Below, in pieces: positions 23,100 to 41,930 of a stretch of DNA of 64,000 nt. The stretch is from assembly GCA_964016885.1 (NCBI GenBank), contig OZ024740.1, forward strand, positions 74,214,001 through 74,278,000. Direction: 5' to 3'. The position numbers and the translations under genes were made by a program. The notes beneath the pieces are model-generated. The model searched no databases, was not told where the DNA came from, and saw nothing but the letters and a program-made list of their open reading frames with translations. Origin of the DNA: Eledone cirrhosa (taxonomy: Eukaryota). Positions within the stretch are counted from its first letter, which is position 1; each line of letters opens with the position of its first letter.

Positions 23100-23488
23100 A
23101 AGACGTGACATAGTCACTACTTTAAAACAATAGCGTAAGGTCTTCAAAATGCTTTTACTTAAGCATACAGTGTATTGCAAAATTTGTATGTGTGTGTTAT
23201 ATAGTTATAGAGGTACGTATATATACACTTTAATTTATATTTTTAATTATCGTGTGTCTACCCTGCCTTTCATAGGTTATAGATTCCATACACTGGTGGT
23301 TTTTCCTTGTTTTATTGATGGGGCACTATCTCTCTCTAGTGTGTTACCTTTTCAACATATTGTATTTTAAAGAGCTCAGGATTCCTTCTCCTTTGAGCAC
23401 ATTATAGACAAGGAATAGCGAGAGTCTATGGCTCTGTTAATTTATTGTGATATATACATATATATATATATATATGCATATATATATA

Positions 23489-23533
<45 letters not shown>

Positions 23534-23860
23534 CGTTTCTGAATTTGTTTAGCAAGATTCTTTATCTGAAATCGTGTGTTGAAACCGATATTGTTATACT
23601 TTGGGAGGGTCATGTTGCCAATAAGAAACACACGCACCAGTTGCTTTCACTTCAATTTAATTTATTATATATTTATAAATTTACAAATTTATAAATTTCT
23701 GGTTGGTCGGTTGGTCGGTTGGTTCCACAACCAGATAGTTGTTTATATATATATAGTCATAGTTCTTTCGTCACACACTCTGTGACCTCTTCAGTGACTG
23801 GGGATTTCTTTCTTCGTTTCTGTGCCTTTCCTTTCTTCTATCCTACGCCATTTTGAAAAT

Positions 23861-25151
23861 GTATTTTGTTAGAGGTGCCTACTGACTGTAGTAGGTTTTA
23901 CTTTGTATTTAGGTAAGGCGGGTCTTCCCTATTACTGAGTACCGCCAAAGATCTCGGTCCAGTAACATTGTCTTGGAGAGGTGTAAGTGTGTGAGGTCGG
24001 AATTTATCAGCTCGTCCCAGGTTTTTCTGGGTCTGCCTATTCCGTGGCTACCGTCTATCTTTATTGCCCTGCACTTTGTTATACAGCTATCGACTTTCAT
24101 GCGCATCACGTGTCCATACCAACGTAGCCTTCTCTCGAGTAAACAACATCTGATCCCTCTTATTTCCAATTTTTTCCTTAGTTCGTTTATGCTTTGCCGT
24201 TCACGTATATTACTATTACACATCCAGCGGAGCATGCAAGCTTCGTTTCTCTCTAGTCTGCGTATATCCTCTGCACACAATGCCCAGGTCTCACTGCCAT
24301 GCAACATTGCTGTTCGTATGCAGGCATCATACAACCTGCCTTTCATTTTTAGGGAGAACCCTTTAGCGGCTAATAGTGGTATAAGCTCTCTGAACTTTTT
24401 CCATCCAGTTCTGACTCTAGCTACGGTACTTTCAGAGCACCCTCCCCCACTGCTGATTTTGTCACCCAGGTAACGGAAGCTGTCCACTATTTCTATAGAA
24501 CCCTCTGTGCAGTTGAAAGAGCTAGTATTTTGTGGGCACTTGCTGCTACTTATTGCACCAGAGCACCGGCCACATGTAAAATCTATGTTCTTAGTTAGCT
24601 TACCTGTGATCCCACTACATCTTTTATGCACCCATACTTTGCATTTGGGACACAAAATGGAGTTTCTACCTACGCCTTTCCTACACACTGAGCATGGCCA
24701 CTTCCCGGAAGGGACCGCCGCCTTATTTTCTTTCTTACAAACTAGAACTTTAGTCTTAGCCAGGTTAATTTTAAGGCCTTTTGATTCTAGGCCGTGCTTC
24801 CATGTTTGGAATTTCTTCTCTAGCTCGGCCATTGATTCAGCTATGAGTGTTAGGTCATCTGCGTATAGGAGTTCCCATGGGCAACCGGTTTTGAACTCCT
24901 CTGTTATAGCCTGAAGGGCAATAATAAATAGTTGGGGGGCTGAGAACAGAGCCCTGATGGACGCCAACTTTTACGCTAAACTCTTCACTATATTCGTTGT
25001 TAATTCTAACCTTGCTGACTGTTTCTTTATACATGGCTTGTATAGCTCTCACAAGCCATTCGTCAACACCTAGTTTTCTAAGAGCCCACCAGATAATGGA
25101 ATGGGGGACTCTCTCGAAGGCTTTCTCCAAGTCGACAAAAGCTAAGTATAG
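23861..25151 (-). mobile_element. RTE family A 3' half
   Basis: ORFs 24855-25130 and 23909-24967 ([23 protein letters not shown]). Confidence 0.92.
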
Positions 25152-25289
25152 ATATATGTATAAATATACTTGACATGGTAATAAAGTCTTTAGAATAGTA
25201 GGCAGTGTGCCATATATAGTAGTATGTAGTTGATATTAGTTGGAACTTGAACTTTGTTGTACATGTGTGATATTCTGTATGAATGTTGT

Positions 25290-25893
25290 ATTTTGTCACA
25301 GGCCCATGCATAATTATTTTGTTGTCATTGTTGTGAGTTTATAATACACGCATAGAATGGATTGAAGTCAAGAAAATTTTAGAGTATATGTTCTCTTTGA
25401 ATGGAAACGAGGCAAATCAGCAACAAATATTATTGCACAATTGAAGAAGAGTGGAATTAACAACGTTCCAGCAAATTCAACCATTTATCATTGGGTGAAA
25501 CACTTCAAAGATGGCAGAAGATCATCACTTATTGATGCTCCTCATTCTGGCCATCTTTGCACAACCACTATTCATGCCAACGTTCAGCCCATTCAAAGTA
25601 TCATTGATGCAGAACCAAAACAATCATTGTGTTGCATTGCACATGTTACTGGAATAAACAAAGAAAATTTGTTTTCACTTCATTAGAAGAGGTGGGTGAT
25701 GAATTGCTGCACTGATTTTGACAATTGTCAAAAGAACAGTCCCAAAAAGAGTTAAATGCTTTGCATCAGCACTGTAAAGGTGTTATTGCATTCAATGGTG
25801 ATTATGTTTTGAAGAATAAATAAATTTTAGTTTCAATATGTTGTGCATTTTCATTTAAAGGGTTATTCTAAGGACTTTATTGCCACACCAAGT
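25290..25893 (+). mobile_element. mariner-like transposon remnant (N-terminal HTH region, internally deleted)
   Basis: FRVYVLFEWKRGKSA..STIYHWVKHFKDGRRSSLIDAPHSG..; probable TIR GGACTTTATTGCCACACCAAGT near 25872-25893. Confidence 0.7.
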
Positions 25894-26199
25894 GTGTGTA
25901 TGTGTGTGTGTGTGTATGTATATATATACACACACACACACACATATACATTAAAGTGAGGAAAAACTGTGCACTATATATAGTGCACAGTCTTTCCTCA
26001 CTTTAAAAAAAATCTTCCCGCACAGGGAGGGGGGCAGCCATCATATATATATATATATAATTAAATGACATCTACAGACTAGAACAGTTTCATTCATATT
26101 AAACCATACAAATGAAACATATCTAGTCCTGTAGAAGTCATTTCTATATAAAATAAAGATATTTTTTCTCTACCAACATATTGGGTGCATTCTTTAACT

Positions 26200-27022
26200 A
26201 TGGCCACCTGTGGCGAGATTGGTTGGGAGACAGTGTCTTGCTCATACAGAACTTTTTCTGGCATGTTTCTACGACTGGATGCCCTTCCTAACACCAACCA
26301 CATTTACAGTGTGGTCTGGGTGCTTTTTATCGTGTCACCTACACAACCACTTTACAGTGGATGGAAATAGGAGTATGGAGTAGGGGATGTGGGGTGTATA
26401 TTGGGTTAAGAGGTGCCTATTGACTGTAGGTTTAAGTTTGTATGCAAGGGATGGCGAGTCTTCTGTTTAACTGCATAGGGCCAAAGATCTTGATCCAGTG
26501 ACATTGTCTTAGAGGGGTGTAAGTGAGCAAGGTCAGTTTTTATCACCTCATCCCAGATTTTCTTTGGTCTACCCACTCCATAGCTTCCATCGATTTTGAA
26601 TGCTCTGCACTTTTTTTTATACAGCTGTTGTCCTTCATACGCATCACATGTCCATACCAACTCAATCTCCTCTCCTGCACACAACATTTGATACCTCTTA
26701 TGCTTAGTCTCTCTCTCAATTCGTTTATGCTTTGCCGTTTATGTACATTACTATTAAACATCCATTGGAGCATTCAAGCTTCGTTTCTTTCTAATCCAAG
26801 CAAATCTTCTGCACACAATGCCCAGGTCTCACTACCATGTAATATTGCCATTTGTATACAAGCATCATACAATCTGCCTTTTTTGAGAAAAACCCTTTGT
26901 GGCCAACAGCGGTATTAGCTCTCTGAACCTTTTCCATCCCGATCTAACTCTGGATGCTGTACTTTCAGAACACCATCCTCCACTGCTGATTTTATCACCC
27001 AGGTAACAGAAAGTGTCTACTA
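26200..27022 (-). mobile_element. older RTE family A 3' fragment with UTR
   Basis: ORFs 26543-26773 and 26406-26687; the 5' end abuts a TA run. Confidence 0.85.
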
Positions 27023-27885
27023 TATCTATATCTATATATATATAATTTGCAATGTAAATAAAGGGAATGTTAAGCCATTAAAATAGATCTTTGCTACACA
27101 TTATTACCTTCATTGTAGCTTGTTTATGTCTATTGTAGTGGAGATGAGAAGTGTCTGACAAATTATCTGCTAAATGAAAGTTTTGGTGACTATCTCCAAT
27201 TAAAAAACAAGTTAGAGCTAATGAAGAAGATACTATAACAAACATGACCTTAGAGCCATGTCAACCTCCCACATACATACACACAAATGCATGAACACTA
27301 CAGTTACTCATATATTATAAAAGACATCCTCAACATTACATGCACATACACACAAATGCATCCACAGAACAGTCATACATTCATATATGACAGAAAGACA
27401 ACATCAACATCACATACATACACTACTGTCACTCATATATGATAGAAAGCCATTTTTATCTTCCAGTGAAATCAACACATGCAGTTACATGCATGTAATA
27501 ATTGCCACCTTGTATAAATTACATATATGTGCGCACACATGCACACACTATAAAATGATTTTACTGTTTTTTCTATAGCAGACTATTTAAAGAAAACTGC
27601 TTACAGTTTATTCATTTAAAATTATATTTAGATGAAACAAAAAAAAAGAAAAAAAAAAGAATTAAGCAATGAAAGAAGGTGAGGGTAGGGGGAGGAACAG
27701 ATTCTACACCCCTAGTAAACAATTCTTCATCAACTTCATTTCTTCAATAGATTTACTTCATCAGATCTGAGCATTGTTATTCAACATATATTTCAATTGA
27801 TTGAATAAAAACAAATATAAACAAACCATGCTGCTCTTTCTTGAATCTTTCAAATTAATCAAGGCAGTAGTTAATTGAAAGACTA

Positions 27886-29045
27886 TCTATACATATATAT
27901 AAAACTGATGTTGTGTGTGTGTCCTCATTTTTGCAAAGTCTATACAAATCCACATTTCTACTCCGATTGACTTCAAACTTGCATTTATATATTCCTTGCA
28001 GTCTAAAGATATTAACTGCAGCTTTTATTTTTCAATTTTCTGTTGTTAAAGGGATGTTAGGCACCAGTTATCGATCTCTGTCGTGCCCTTATAATGTCTG
28101 TCTGTATGTCTGACTGTCTGCATTATGACATTATGACAAACATTGATGACGTATTATGTTTGCTATTTTCCATTCATTGTCAGGGAACATCTTCACGAAC
28201 CAAAGTATCATCTTCCTGTTTTCCTTCGGTTGCAACGTTTTGTGAAATATTTACTTCTGCGTTCACAGATTGATTTTTTTAGTTTCAGAAGATCCTGTTA
28301 AGGGTGAAAGCAGCGATTCTTTGCTTAAACTTTAATCTGTTATTTTAATATAAGCAAGGCAAGCAAACCCAGTTCCCACTTCTTGCCAATAAACATTAAC
28401 CCTTTGTGCACCATTCATCTAACTGTAGACCAACAAATACCAACTAAACAGAGCGTTGACAAGAACGATGGCGAATGAATCTTCGAGATAAGCAGTTTCC
28501 CCCCGAGCTGTTAGTTCACGCGGGATTCTCTGCTACACCTTTTCATTATAATACCTAACAACGTACTGCTGGTCACTCCTTCTTCCAAAAGCTGTACAAA
28601 GCGGACATGTGCATCGGGCAGATGGATTGGGTGCAAATCTACACCAGGCCTACGTGAGAAATTCGCAAGGGACTGCACCGAGAGGGATAGAGAGAAAGAG
28701 TAACTTAGTGACAAGAGTACGAATGAACTTTTGAGGTAAGTAGCCTACGCCTTACTGCTATGACACTGGAACCTTCTGCCAACTTAACCTGTGACTTTCT
28801 CTTTCACATTTACTCCAATAGGCCAACACAGAGGAGTATGAAAAGAAGAGTTTAACAATATTTCTATGAACAATGCACGTAGACAGCTAAACTGTATTTT
28901 CAACTTCTTACTTTTCTCCAAATAAAACAAGTTTCCTGTCGGTATATTTTTGTGAGTTTTTAACAGGCACTCACAAATAAACGTTTCTCATTGGAGGTAC
29001 TATTACCAATGTTCTTACCCGTGCAACGCCGGGATACAATGCTAG
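27886..29045 (+). mobile_element. non-autonomous Helitron, about 1.16 kb
   Basis: A|TCTATACATATATATAAAA start; CCCGTGCAACGCCGGG hairpin; CTAG|T end. Confidence 0.78.
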
Positions 29046-29197
29046 TTTTATACAATTCTTGCCAAACTTCACAGACTACAATTTCTATTATGCTTCACAA
29101 ACATTTTCTTTTCTACCAAACAAATATGGGATAAATGAAAGCTGGGAGTGCCTTGTCTTAATGTGGTTGGGGTAACTGAGAATTTAGTGGCAAATAA

Positions 29198-29540
29198 TAA
29201 TTTCTAATTCTGGCACAGGGCCAGCAATTTGGGTAAGGGAGAAGTTGATTAAATTGTTCCCAGTACTTGACTAGTACTTTATTTCATCAATGTCTGAAAA
29301 ATGAAAGGCAGATGGCCTCAATAGGATTTGAACTTGGAAATACAAGCAAGAACAACTACAGTATGTATTTGTCTGATGCTTTAACAATTCTGCTAAACCA
29401 CCACCCTTAATGATTTTTAATTTTGGTATAAGGCCAGTAATTTGGGGGAGAAGGGAAAGTTAATTTTACTGACCCCCAGTACTTGAATGGTACTTTATTT
29501 TACTGACCTTGAAAGGATGAAAAGCAAAATTAACCTTGAC
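29198..29540 (-). mobile_element. two older tandem SINE copies
   Basis: Degenerate GGCACAAGGCCAGCAATTT..CCCAGTACTTGA..GATGAAAGGCAAA motifs; similar old copies at about 3764-3945 and 4865-5180. Confidence 0.65.
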
Positions 29541-29865
29541 AGAGGATAAATTAGCCTTGTATTTGAAAGAATTATTGTTGATACTATTAATATTTTTGTT
29601 AATATATGATTTTCCTTGTTAGTAGATATTAAAGAGACAAAGCATGTTTTTGAACAGATTTTAATTTGACTGTTGTTCCCATGAAGTTGGACCTTTACAA
29701 AGATATAAAATAACAGTGTTATATATAAAAAAAGTTTAACCAGAAACTGCTTTCAACAATTTAAGCTGGTAGTAACTCTGAATAAAAAATTAATGCAAAT
29801 TGTGACAATCCATCCAACACATATCAGCATGGTGAATACCAAATAATAATGAATTTCATTATTAT

Positions 29866-30043
29866 TGGCAGTATCGGTAGAGGGTCGGACGCCATGCTTT
29901 CCAGCATAGTTACGTCCCTTTACCATCTGAGTTCAAATCCCGCTGAGGTTGACTTTGCCTTTCATCCTTACGGGGTCGATAAAATAAAGTACCAGTAATA
30001 CACTGGGTAATTGCTGGCCTTGTGCCTAAAGTAGAAACAATTA
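29866..30043 (+). mobile_element. tRNA-derived SINE
   Basis: TGGCAGTATCGGTAGAG (A box), GAGTTCAAATC (B box), core and 3' end as in 5775. Confidence 0.85.
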
Positions 30044-30191
30044 TTTCCTTGAAAAATTCTATAAAGGTTTTTGCTAAATGGATTATAAGTAAATAAAGAT
30101 TTTAAAGACTGGGCAGAATAAATAGTAATAGAAAAAGAAGCAATTAAAAGATAGACTGTCATGGAATTTAATATGTTGATGGCATATTATT

Positions 30192-30383
30192 AGGCGGTGG
30201 ATTGGCAGTATTGGTAGAGGGTCGGACACCATGCTTTGTAGCATAGAGTTACCTCCCTTTATGATCTGAGTTCAAATCCCGCCGAGGTTAACTTTACCTT
30301 TCATCCTTACGGGGTCGATAAAATAAAGTACCAGTAATGCACTGGGTAATTTATGGCCTTGTGCCAAAAGTAGAAACAATTAT
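30192..30383 (+). mobile_element. tRNA-derived SINE, full length
   Basis: GGCGGTGGATTGGCAGTATTGGTAGAG..GAGTTCAAATCCCGCC..GTAGAAACAATT. Confidence 0.85.
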
Positions 30384-30939
30384 TATAGATTCTACATTGA
30401 GAATAATAAATATTCATAATTAGCTTCTAAAATATCACAAATAGGATGTTACGAATAATTTTTGTTTTATTGATTGATTTTTAAAACAAAATTTTGTATT
30501 GGACAGGACTCATCCAACCCATAATAGCATGGAAAAAAATAGATGTAAAAATAATGAATGATGATGAAATTCAAATAAATTCAAATTCAAAATAAAAAAA
30601 AACAACCTATGAGTATTAAAAAAAAGTCAGTGTCTAGAGAAAATATACAAATTGTAACTGACAATTTAGAAATTATAAATCCTGGAGTAAATGTATGATA
30701 CTATATTGACAAATAAGACGAATGGAAGCTTCCAATTACATAGTATTTAATGCTTTCATTACTATATTTCTAATGAGCCATTGGTGTTTGGAACAGAATA
30801 TAACAAAGGTTATTACATAAAATTAAGATGGAAGGATTTTAGATTAATATAAATAAACAGCTTAGTATTGTAGAACAATGGGCAGTATCAAAATAACTAA
30901 TAGCATTGATAACTTGGCTAATGAATCATGATCATCATG

Positions 30940-32805
30940 ATCATCATCATCACTGTTTTACGTCCGTTCTTCCACGCTAGCATGGGTTAGACAGGTTGTC
31001 CTGTTGTGGGCAGTGTCCAGTCGGCTGACCATGCCTTGCTCATACGGGAACTGATTCTGGCTTGATTTCTACAGCTGGATGCCCTTCCTAACACCAACTT
31101 CATTTACAGTGAGTGCTGGGTGCTTTTTTTCAGTGGCGCCTACATGTCCACTTTACAGTGTGGGCTGGGTGCTTTTTTGCCGTGGCACCTCCACGACCAC
31201 TTTGCAGTGGGAGGGCGTGGGGCATATTGTCTATATGCTTCAACTTGTACCCGCGGGGGGTCTGGTCTTCTGTATTACTGCGTGACGCCAGGGGTCACAC
31301 CTTTGAGAGGTGTAATTGGGTAAGGTCAGCTTTTATCACCTCATTCCAGGTCTTCTTGGGTCTCCCTACTCCACGGTTTCCATCGACTTCTAGTGCTCTG
31401 CACCTTTTTATGCAGCTGTCATCCTTCATACGTATCACATGTCCATACCAACGCAACCGCCTCTCCTGCACAAAGCATTTGATTCCTCTTATGCTCAGTC
31501 TTTCTCCCAATTCGTTTATGCTTTGCCGTTTGCATATATTACTATTACACATCCATTGGTCTTAAACTCCTCCCTTATTGCCTGCAGAACTATGATGAAC
31601 AGGAGAGGGCTAAGAACAGAGCCCTGGTGGACACCAACCTGTACGCTAAATTCCTCGCTATAGTCATTGCTAATCCTAACTTTGCTAACTGCTCCCCGAT
31701 ACATGGCTTGTACAGCTTTCACAAGCCATTTATCTACTCCTAGTTTTCTAAGAGCCCACCAGATTATAGCACGGGGAACTCTGTCAAAGGTTTTCTCGAG
31801 ATCGATGAATACCAGGTATAGCGGCTTACTTTTAGCTAGGTACTTTTCCTGTAACTGCCTCACAAGGAAGAGGGCATCAGTGGTGCCTCTTCCTGGTACA
31901 AACCCAAATTGCATCTCTTCTAGTTTCACCCGGTCCCTAATCAACTGTGTTATAACTCTTTCTGTTACTTTCATGACCTGGTCCATCAGCTTTATACCTC
32001 TATAGTTTCCTCTATCTAGTGCATCACCTTTACCTTTGTAGCAGTTGACAATGATGCTACTGCACCAATCTTTTGGTATGACACCTTCTAGTATTACCTG
32101 GTTAACAATACATGAGGTTATGGTGTGACCTACCGACCAGATGCCTTCAGCATCTCGACAGCTATACCCGATGGACTGGTTGCCTTCCCTGTCTTCATAT
32201 CTTTCATTGCCTTACTTACTATGCTGCTGCTGACTTGTACTGCTGGCCCCTCTATAGGGTCTACTTGGGGTAGGGACTCTTCTTCCCATGCATTCTCCTC
32301 ATTTAGTAATCTATCATAGTGGCTCTTCCATGCATCTTTCTTCTCAGCACTTGTGAGGGCAAGCTCACCTTTATCATTTCGGATACACTTCTCTCCAATG
32401 ACATCACAATTCTCTCTGACACACTGCCTCGCAATCTTGAACACCTCCTGTTTCTGGTCCTCACGTTGCAAAACATGCTTGAATTTTCTATCCTCTGCTT
32501 CCCTCCTAGCTAAGTATACTTGTCGCCTAGCTTCCCTCCTAGTCTCTATGTAATGTACCCTGCTACTCCCGTTCTTCCATTCTTTCCATGCCTGTCTCTT
32601 AGCCTTAACTGCCTCATCTACCTTATTGTTCCACCACCAAGTCACCCCCCTCCTGCCTGTGGTCTTGCTCCAACCACAGATCTCAACCGTCGCCTTTAGT
32701 AAATTATTTTTTAGGAACTCCCACTGCTCTTCTACATTGAATGTCTCTATCTGTTCTTCTTTACTGTCATAGGTGTTGAGTAAAATATCTTTAAATCTGT
32801 TACTG
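30940..32805 (-). mobile_element. RTE (second long-UTR subfamily), internally deleted
   Basis: ORFs 32130-32645, 31516-31986 and 31295-31552; a deletion near 31557 removes YADD and the PHD. Confidence 0.9.
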
Positions 32806-33499
32806 TTATGTTGGGAGATACATTCCTCACTAGGGAAGGCTTTTGTGTATGTACTTTATAATCCAGTAGTGAGAGTAAGTATCAATCTTATTCTCTGAGT
32901 ATTAAGTTATATTAAGTATATCACTGGTAGTGTTGTATTAATCTCAGAAATATGAAGTAATATTTTTAAGGAATAGATATGAACATACAACTAGAAGGTT
33001 CTAATCTTATCACTATATTGTCATTTTGTCTTTAATAACAAAACAATATATTTATATGAAATTTGATCAAGTATTTTATTAGTTTCATAAAACAATAATA
33101 AAGCCCTTTTATTCAACATAAGCTGTAAAATCAACAAATGGTATTGCAAGTTTCTAGCAAAGAGATTGTAGATCCTGTACATTTATACACAAATAGAATG
33201 GTATATTTTTGCACATATCATTGCATAATGAATAATACTTTTTTTTTTTAAATAAATGTTACTTCATAAATCAATATGTTTAAGCCTGAATATCAGCTTA
33301 TATGTAATATCAGCTTATACGTATATATATGTGTGTATGTGTGTGTGTGTATCATCATTATCATCATCGATTAACATCTATCTTCCATGCTAGCATGGGT
33401 TAGACGGGACCCATTTAGAGGCAAGTTGGATCAGGTGACAATATCTCGCTCATATAGGGGTGTTTCCGGCTGGTTTTCTACGGCTGGATGACTTGTGTG

Positions 33500-34740
33500 T
33501 TACCTAGCTAAAAGTAAGCCACTCTACTTGGCATTCATCGATCTGGAAAAAGCCTTCGACAGAGTGCCCTGTGCTATAATCTGATGGGCTCTTAGAAAAT
33601 TAGGAGTAGATGAATGGCTTGTGAAAGCTGTACAAGCCATGTATAGGGGAGCAGTCAGCAAAGTTCAGGTTAGCAATGACTATAGCGAGGAATTTAGCAT
33701 ACATGTCGGTGTCCACCAGGGCTCTGTTCTTAGCCCTCTCCTGTTCATTATAGTTTTGCAGGCAATAAGTGTGAATGATCTCACACTTATAGCTGAATCC
33801 ATGGTGGAACTAGAGAAGAAATTCCAAACTTGGAAGCAGGGACTAGACAGAAAGGGTTTCAAAGTCAACCTGACAAAGTCTAAGGTTCTTGTAAGTAGAC
33901 GAGAAAACAGAACCCAAATCCCCTCAGGGAGATGGCCTTGCTCAGTATGTAGGAAAGGTGTAGGTAGGAACTCCATCCTCTGCCCCAAATGCAAACAATG
34001 GGTACACAAGAGATGTAGTGAGATCTCAGGAAGCTTAACTAAGAATGTAGGCTTCACATGTAGCAGCTGTGCTGGGACAGCAAGGAGCAAACGACCACAG
34101 GAAACAAGCACCACCAAACTCTGGGAGGGCTCTGTAGAAACAGTAGACAGCTTCTGCTACCTAGGTGACTGAATTAGCAGCGGAGGTGGGTGTTCGGAAA
34201 GTACAATAACTAGGGTAAGAACGGGATGGAAGAAGTTCAGGGAGCTATTGCCACTGCTAGCTGCAAAAGGCTTTTCCCTCAAAATGAAAGGCAAACTGTA
34301 TGATGCGTGTATGATACGAACAGCAATGTTACATGGTAGTGAAACCTGGGTGCTGTCTGTAGAAGACATGCGCAGATTAGAAAGAAATAAAGCTTGCATG
34401 CTCCGATGGATGTGTAATAGTAATATACGCGAACGGGAAAGCATAAACGAATTGAGAGAGAGAGACTGAGCATAAGAGGAATCAAATGCTGTGTGCAGGA
34501 GAGGAGGTTATGTTGGTATGGACACGTTATGCGTATGAAGGATGACAGCTGCATAAAAAGGTACAGAGCACTAGAAGTCGATGGAAGCCATGGAGTGGGG
34601 AGACCCAAGAAGACCTGGGATGAGGTGATAAAAGCTGACCTTACCCAACTGCACCCACCTCTAGAGGGCAATGACACACGACCGTGACTTCTGGCATCAC
34701 ACAGTAATACAGAAGACCCAATTTCCCACAGGAACAAGCC
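33500..34740 (+). mobile_element. RTE 3' half, degraded
   Basis: ORFs 33621-34172 (PHD), 34248-34469 and 34493-34687. Confidence 0.9.
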
Positions 34741-35002
34741 GAGATCAGGTTGTGTTGTGATGTGTATATAAGAGAGATTTGGATGTGTCTGGGGGAGGGG
34801 GTGTTAATGAGTGTGGGAGTGAAGAAGTGTTGATGAAGATTTAAAGGAATTAAATCATATACACACACACACACACTCATATATACATATATACACAGAA
34901 AATGGTGAATGGTGACAGCAAGATAATGGGTTGGGAGTGCTGCTGGGATTTTTTTAAAGAGTGTTTAAGAAAGGGGCTGTAAAAGTGCCAACCATTTCAA
35001 TA

Positions 35003-35373
35003 AATGACCGTGACCTCTGGCGTCACGCAGTAATACAGAAGACCCGACCCCCCACGGGTACAAGCCGAAGCTGAAGCATATAGACAATATGCGCCCACAC
35101 CCTCCCATTGCAAAGTGGTCATGGAAGTGCCACGGCAATAAAGCACCCAGCCCACACTGTAAAGTGGACGTGCAGGCGCCACGGAAAAAAAGCACCCAGC
35201 ACTCACTGTAAATGAGGTTGGTGTTAGGAAGGGCATCTAGCTGTAGAAATCAAGCCAGAACCAGTTCCCATATGAGCAAGACAAGGTCAGCCGACCGGAC
35301 ACTGCCCACAACAGGGCAACCCGTCTAACCCATGCTAGCGTGGAAGAACGGACGTAAAACGATGATGATGATG
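35003..35373 (+). mobile_element. RTE 3'UTR fragment with (GAT)n tail
   Basis: Reverse complement of 30940-31295. Confidence 0.85.
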
Positions 35374-35639
35374 ATATACATACACACGCACATACATACA
35401 CATATATTCAAATATACACACACACATGCACACGTCTTGACCAAACAAAATATAATATTTTCACCAAAAACTGCCTCTAAACACATGTCAGATGGATTAC
35501 TTTGCCTTTCATCCTTACGGGGTCGATAAAATAAAGTACCAGTAATACACTAGGATAATTGCTGGCCTTGTGCCAAAAGTAGAAAACAATTATTACAATT
35601 ACTTTGACTGTTCCCTGACTACTAGTACCAGTTTCAACA

Positions 35640-40548
<4,909 letters not shown>

Positions 40549-40769
40549 ACATATATATGTATACACATATACTTAAGTATTTAAGTTCACATATACATTG
40601 GGGTGGTGAAGGGGAAATTAATGAAATGTTAGTGTACCCCTCAGGGTTTTCCTTCTCTTCAGTGATCGAATGTTTGAAAGTGTGGGTGTCATCAACTTTT
40701 ATTTTGATATTTTTCTTTTTTCAATATGAGAGAATCCCGTTATTTGAAGATGGTATATCATTTTTTTGT

Positions 40770-41230
40770 GTTCAGTTGTGGTTTGTATTTTCTAATAAAG
40801 AATTCTTCTTTATATTTTCGGAAATGTTCGTTGTCCGACCATATCTTAAAGAAGGGGAAAATTGTGAATTTTCCCTTTCCACATGTTGCGAAGTGTTCAC
40901 TGCATGTGGTGTTTCTGACAGAGGGCTCTCTAATTTGTTGTTTATGTACTCAAACTCTGTCATATAGACCCGTTCCGGTTTCACCAATGTAGAATTCTTT
41001 ACATTGTGGGCAGGTTGCACAGTAAATAAAGATTTTGGTTTTGCAATTCATGTTTGCATTAACTTTGAAACACTGGTTATTTTTAAAGGAGATTTGCCCA
41101 CCTTCTTCAATGTGTTCACAAGTTCTGCATCGAGGGTCCCTGCATTTCTTAACTTGCATTGCTTCATTATTAGATGGATATTTTGCCTTGGTAAGCAGTT
41201 TCTTTAGGTTGGGTGCTTGGCATCTACTAT
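40770..41230 (-). mobile_element. Penelope-like element, GIY-YIG C-terminus (Penelope/Poseidon-type)
   Basis: NLKKLL..CRDPRCRTC..C.TK..IYCATCPQCKEFYIGETG..RV..H..EHF..EEFFIRKYKPQLN. Confidence 0.85.
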
Positions 41231-41571
41231 ATGGTATTTGTGCGACTCTTTTGAGTGCATTCATTAACGCTCCCACACTGATTAACACCGCACCCCACTC
41301 CCCGGACACATCCAAATCTCTCTTATATATAGAGTCACACATCACAACACAACCTGATCTCAATTTGACAATCGCCACCGATGAATGCAAGAAAGTTCTC
41401 CAGGAAAGTTAACCAGAAATCTTTAAAAATCTTCAAACCAAAGTTAACAAAGAACTTACTAGATCTACCAACTCATAATATTATAATATTATAAAATTAA
41501 ATCAAATTGTTTAGAACTACAAGTGAAGTCATTCTTTTCCTTTTTTTCAAATATATATATATATGTATATA

Positions 41572-41930
41572 TTTATTAAAATAACAAATTAAAGTTTAAG
41601 CAAAGAATTGCTGTTTTAACCCTTAACGGGATCTTCTGAAACTAAAAAAAAATTAATCTGTGAACGCAGAAGTAAATATTTCGAAAAACGTTGCAACTGA
41701 AGGAAAACAGGAAGACGATACTTTGGTTCGTGGAGATGTTCCCTGGCAATGAACGGAAAAAAGCGAAGATAATACATCATTATTTGGAGCGGTGAGAACA
41801 ATTACACGCAAAGACAAAACCAGGTTTATGGTATAAATGAAGTCGTAGACTAATATTCTATTTAGGTGGTTCGTGGAGACGTTCCCTGGCAATGAACGGA
41901 AAAAAAGCGAAGATAATATGTCACCCAAGA
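41572..41930 (-). mobile_element. fragment of the Helitron family seen at 12057 and 27886
   Basis: Reverse complement of about 28150-28350, with an internal duplication of TTCGTGGAGA.GTTCCCTGGCAATGAACGGAAAAAA. Confidence 0.7.

Noticed and set aside
23973-24914. Recurrent antisense ORFs across RTE copies
   Set aside because: They recur only because the copies are near-identical; no independent protein features.
27700-27870. Possible host exon on the minus strand
   Set aside because: The best reading (KIQERAAWFVY) resembles an ancient LINE C-terminus; too degraded to call.
30722-30820. Short signal-peptide-like ORF (MEASNYIVFNAFITIFLMSHWCLEQ..) as another secreted peptide
   Set aside because: Only 32 aa, with no processing sites and no homology to the NKY exon or UTR; expected by chance in AT-rich DNA.
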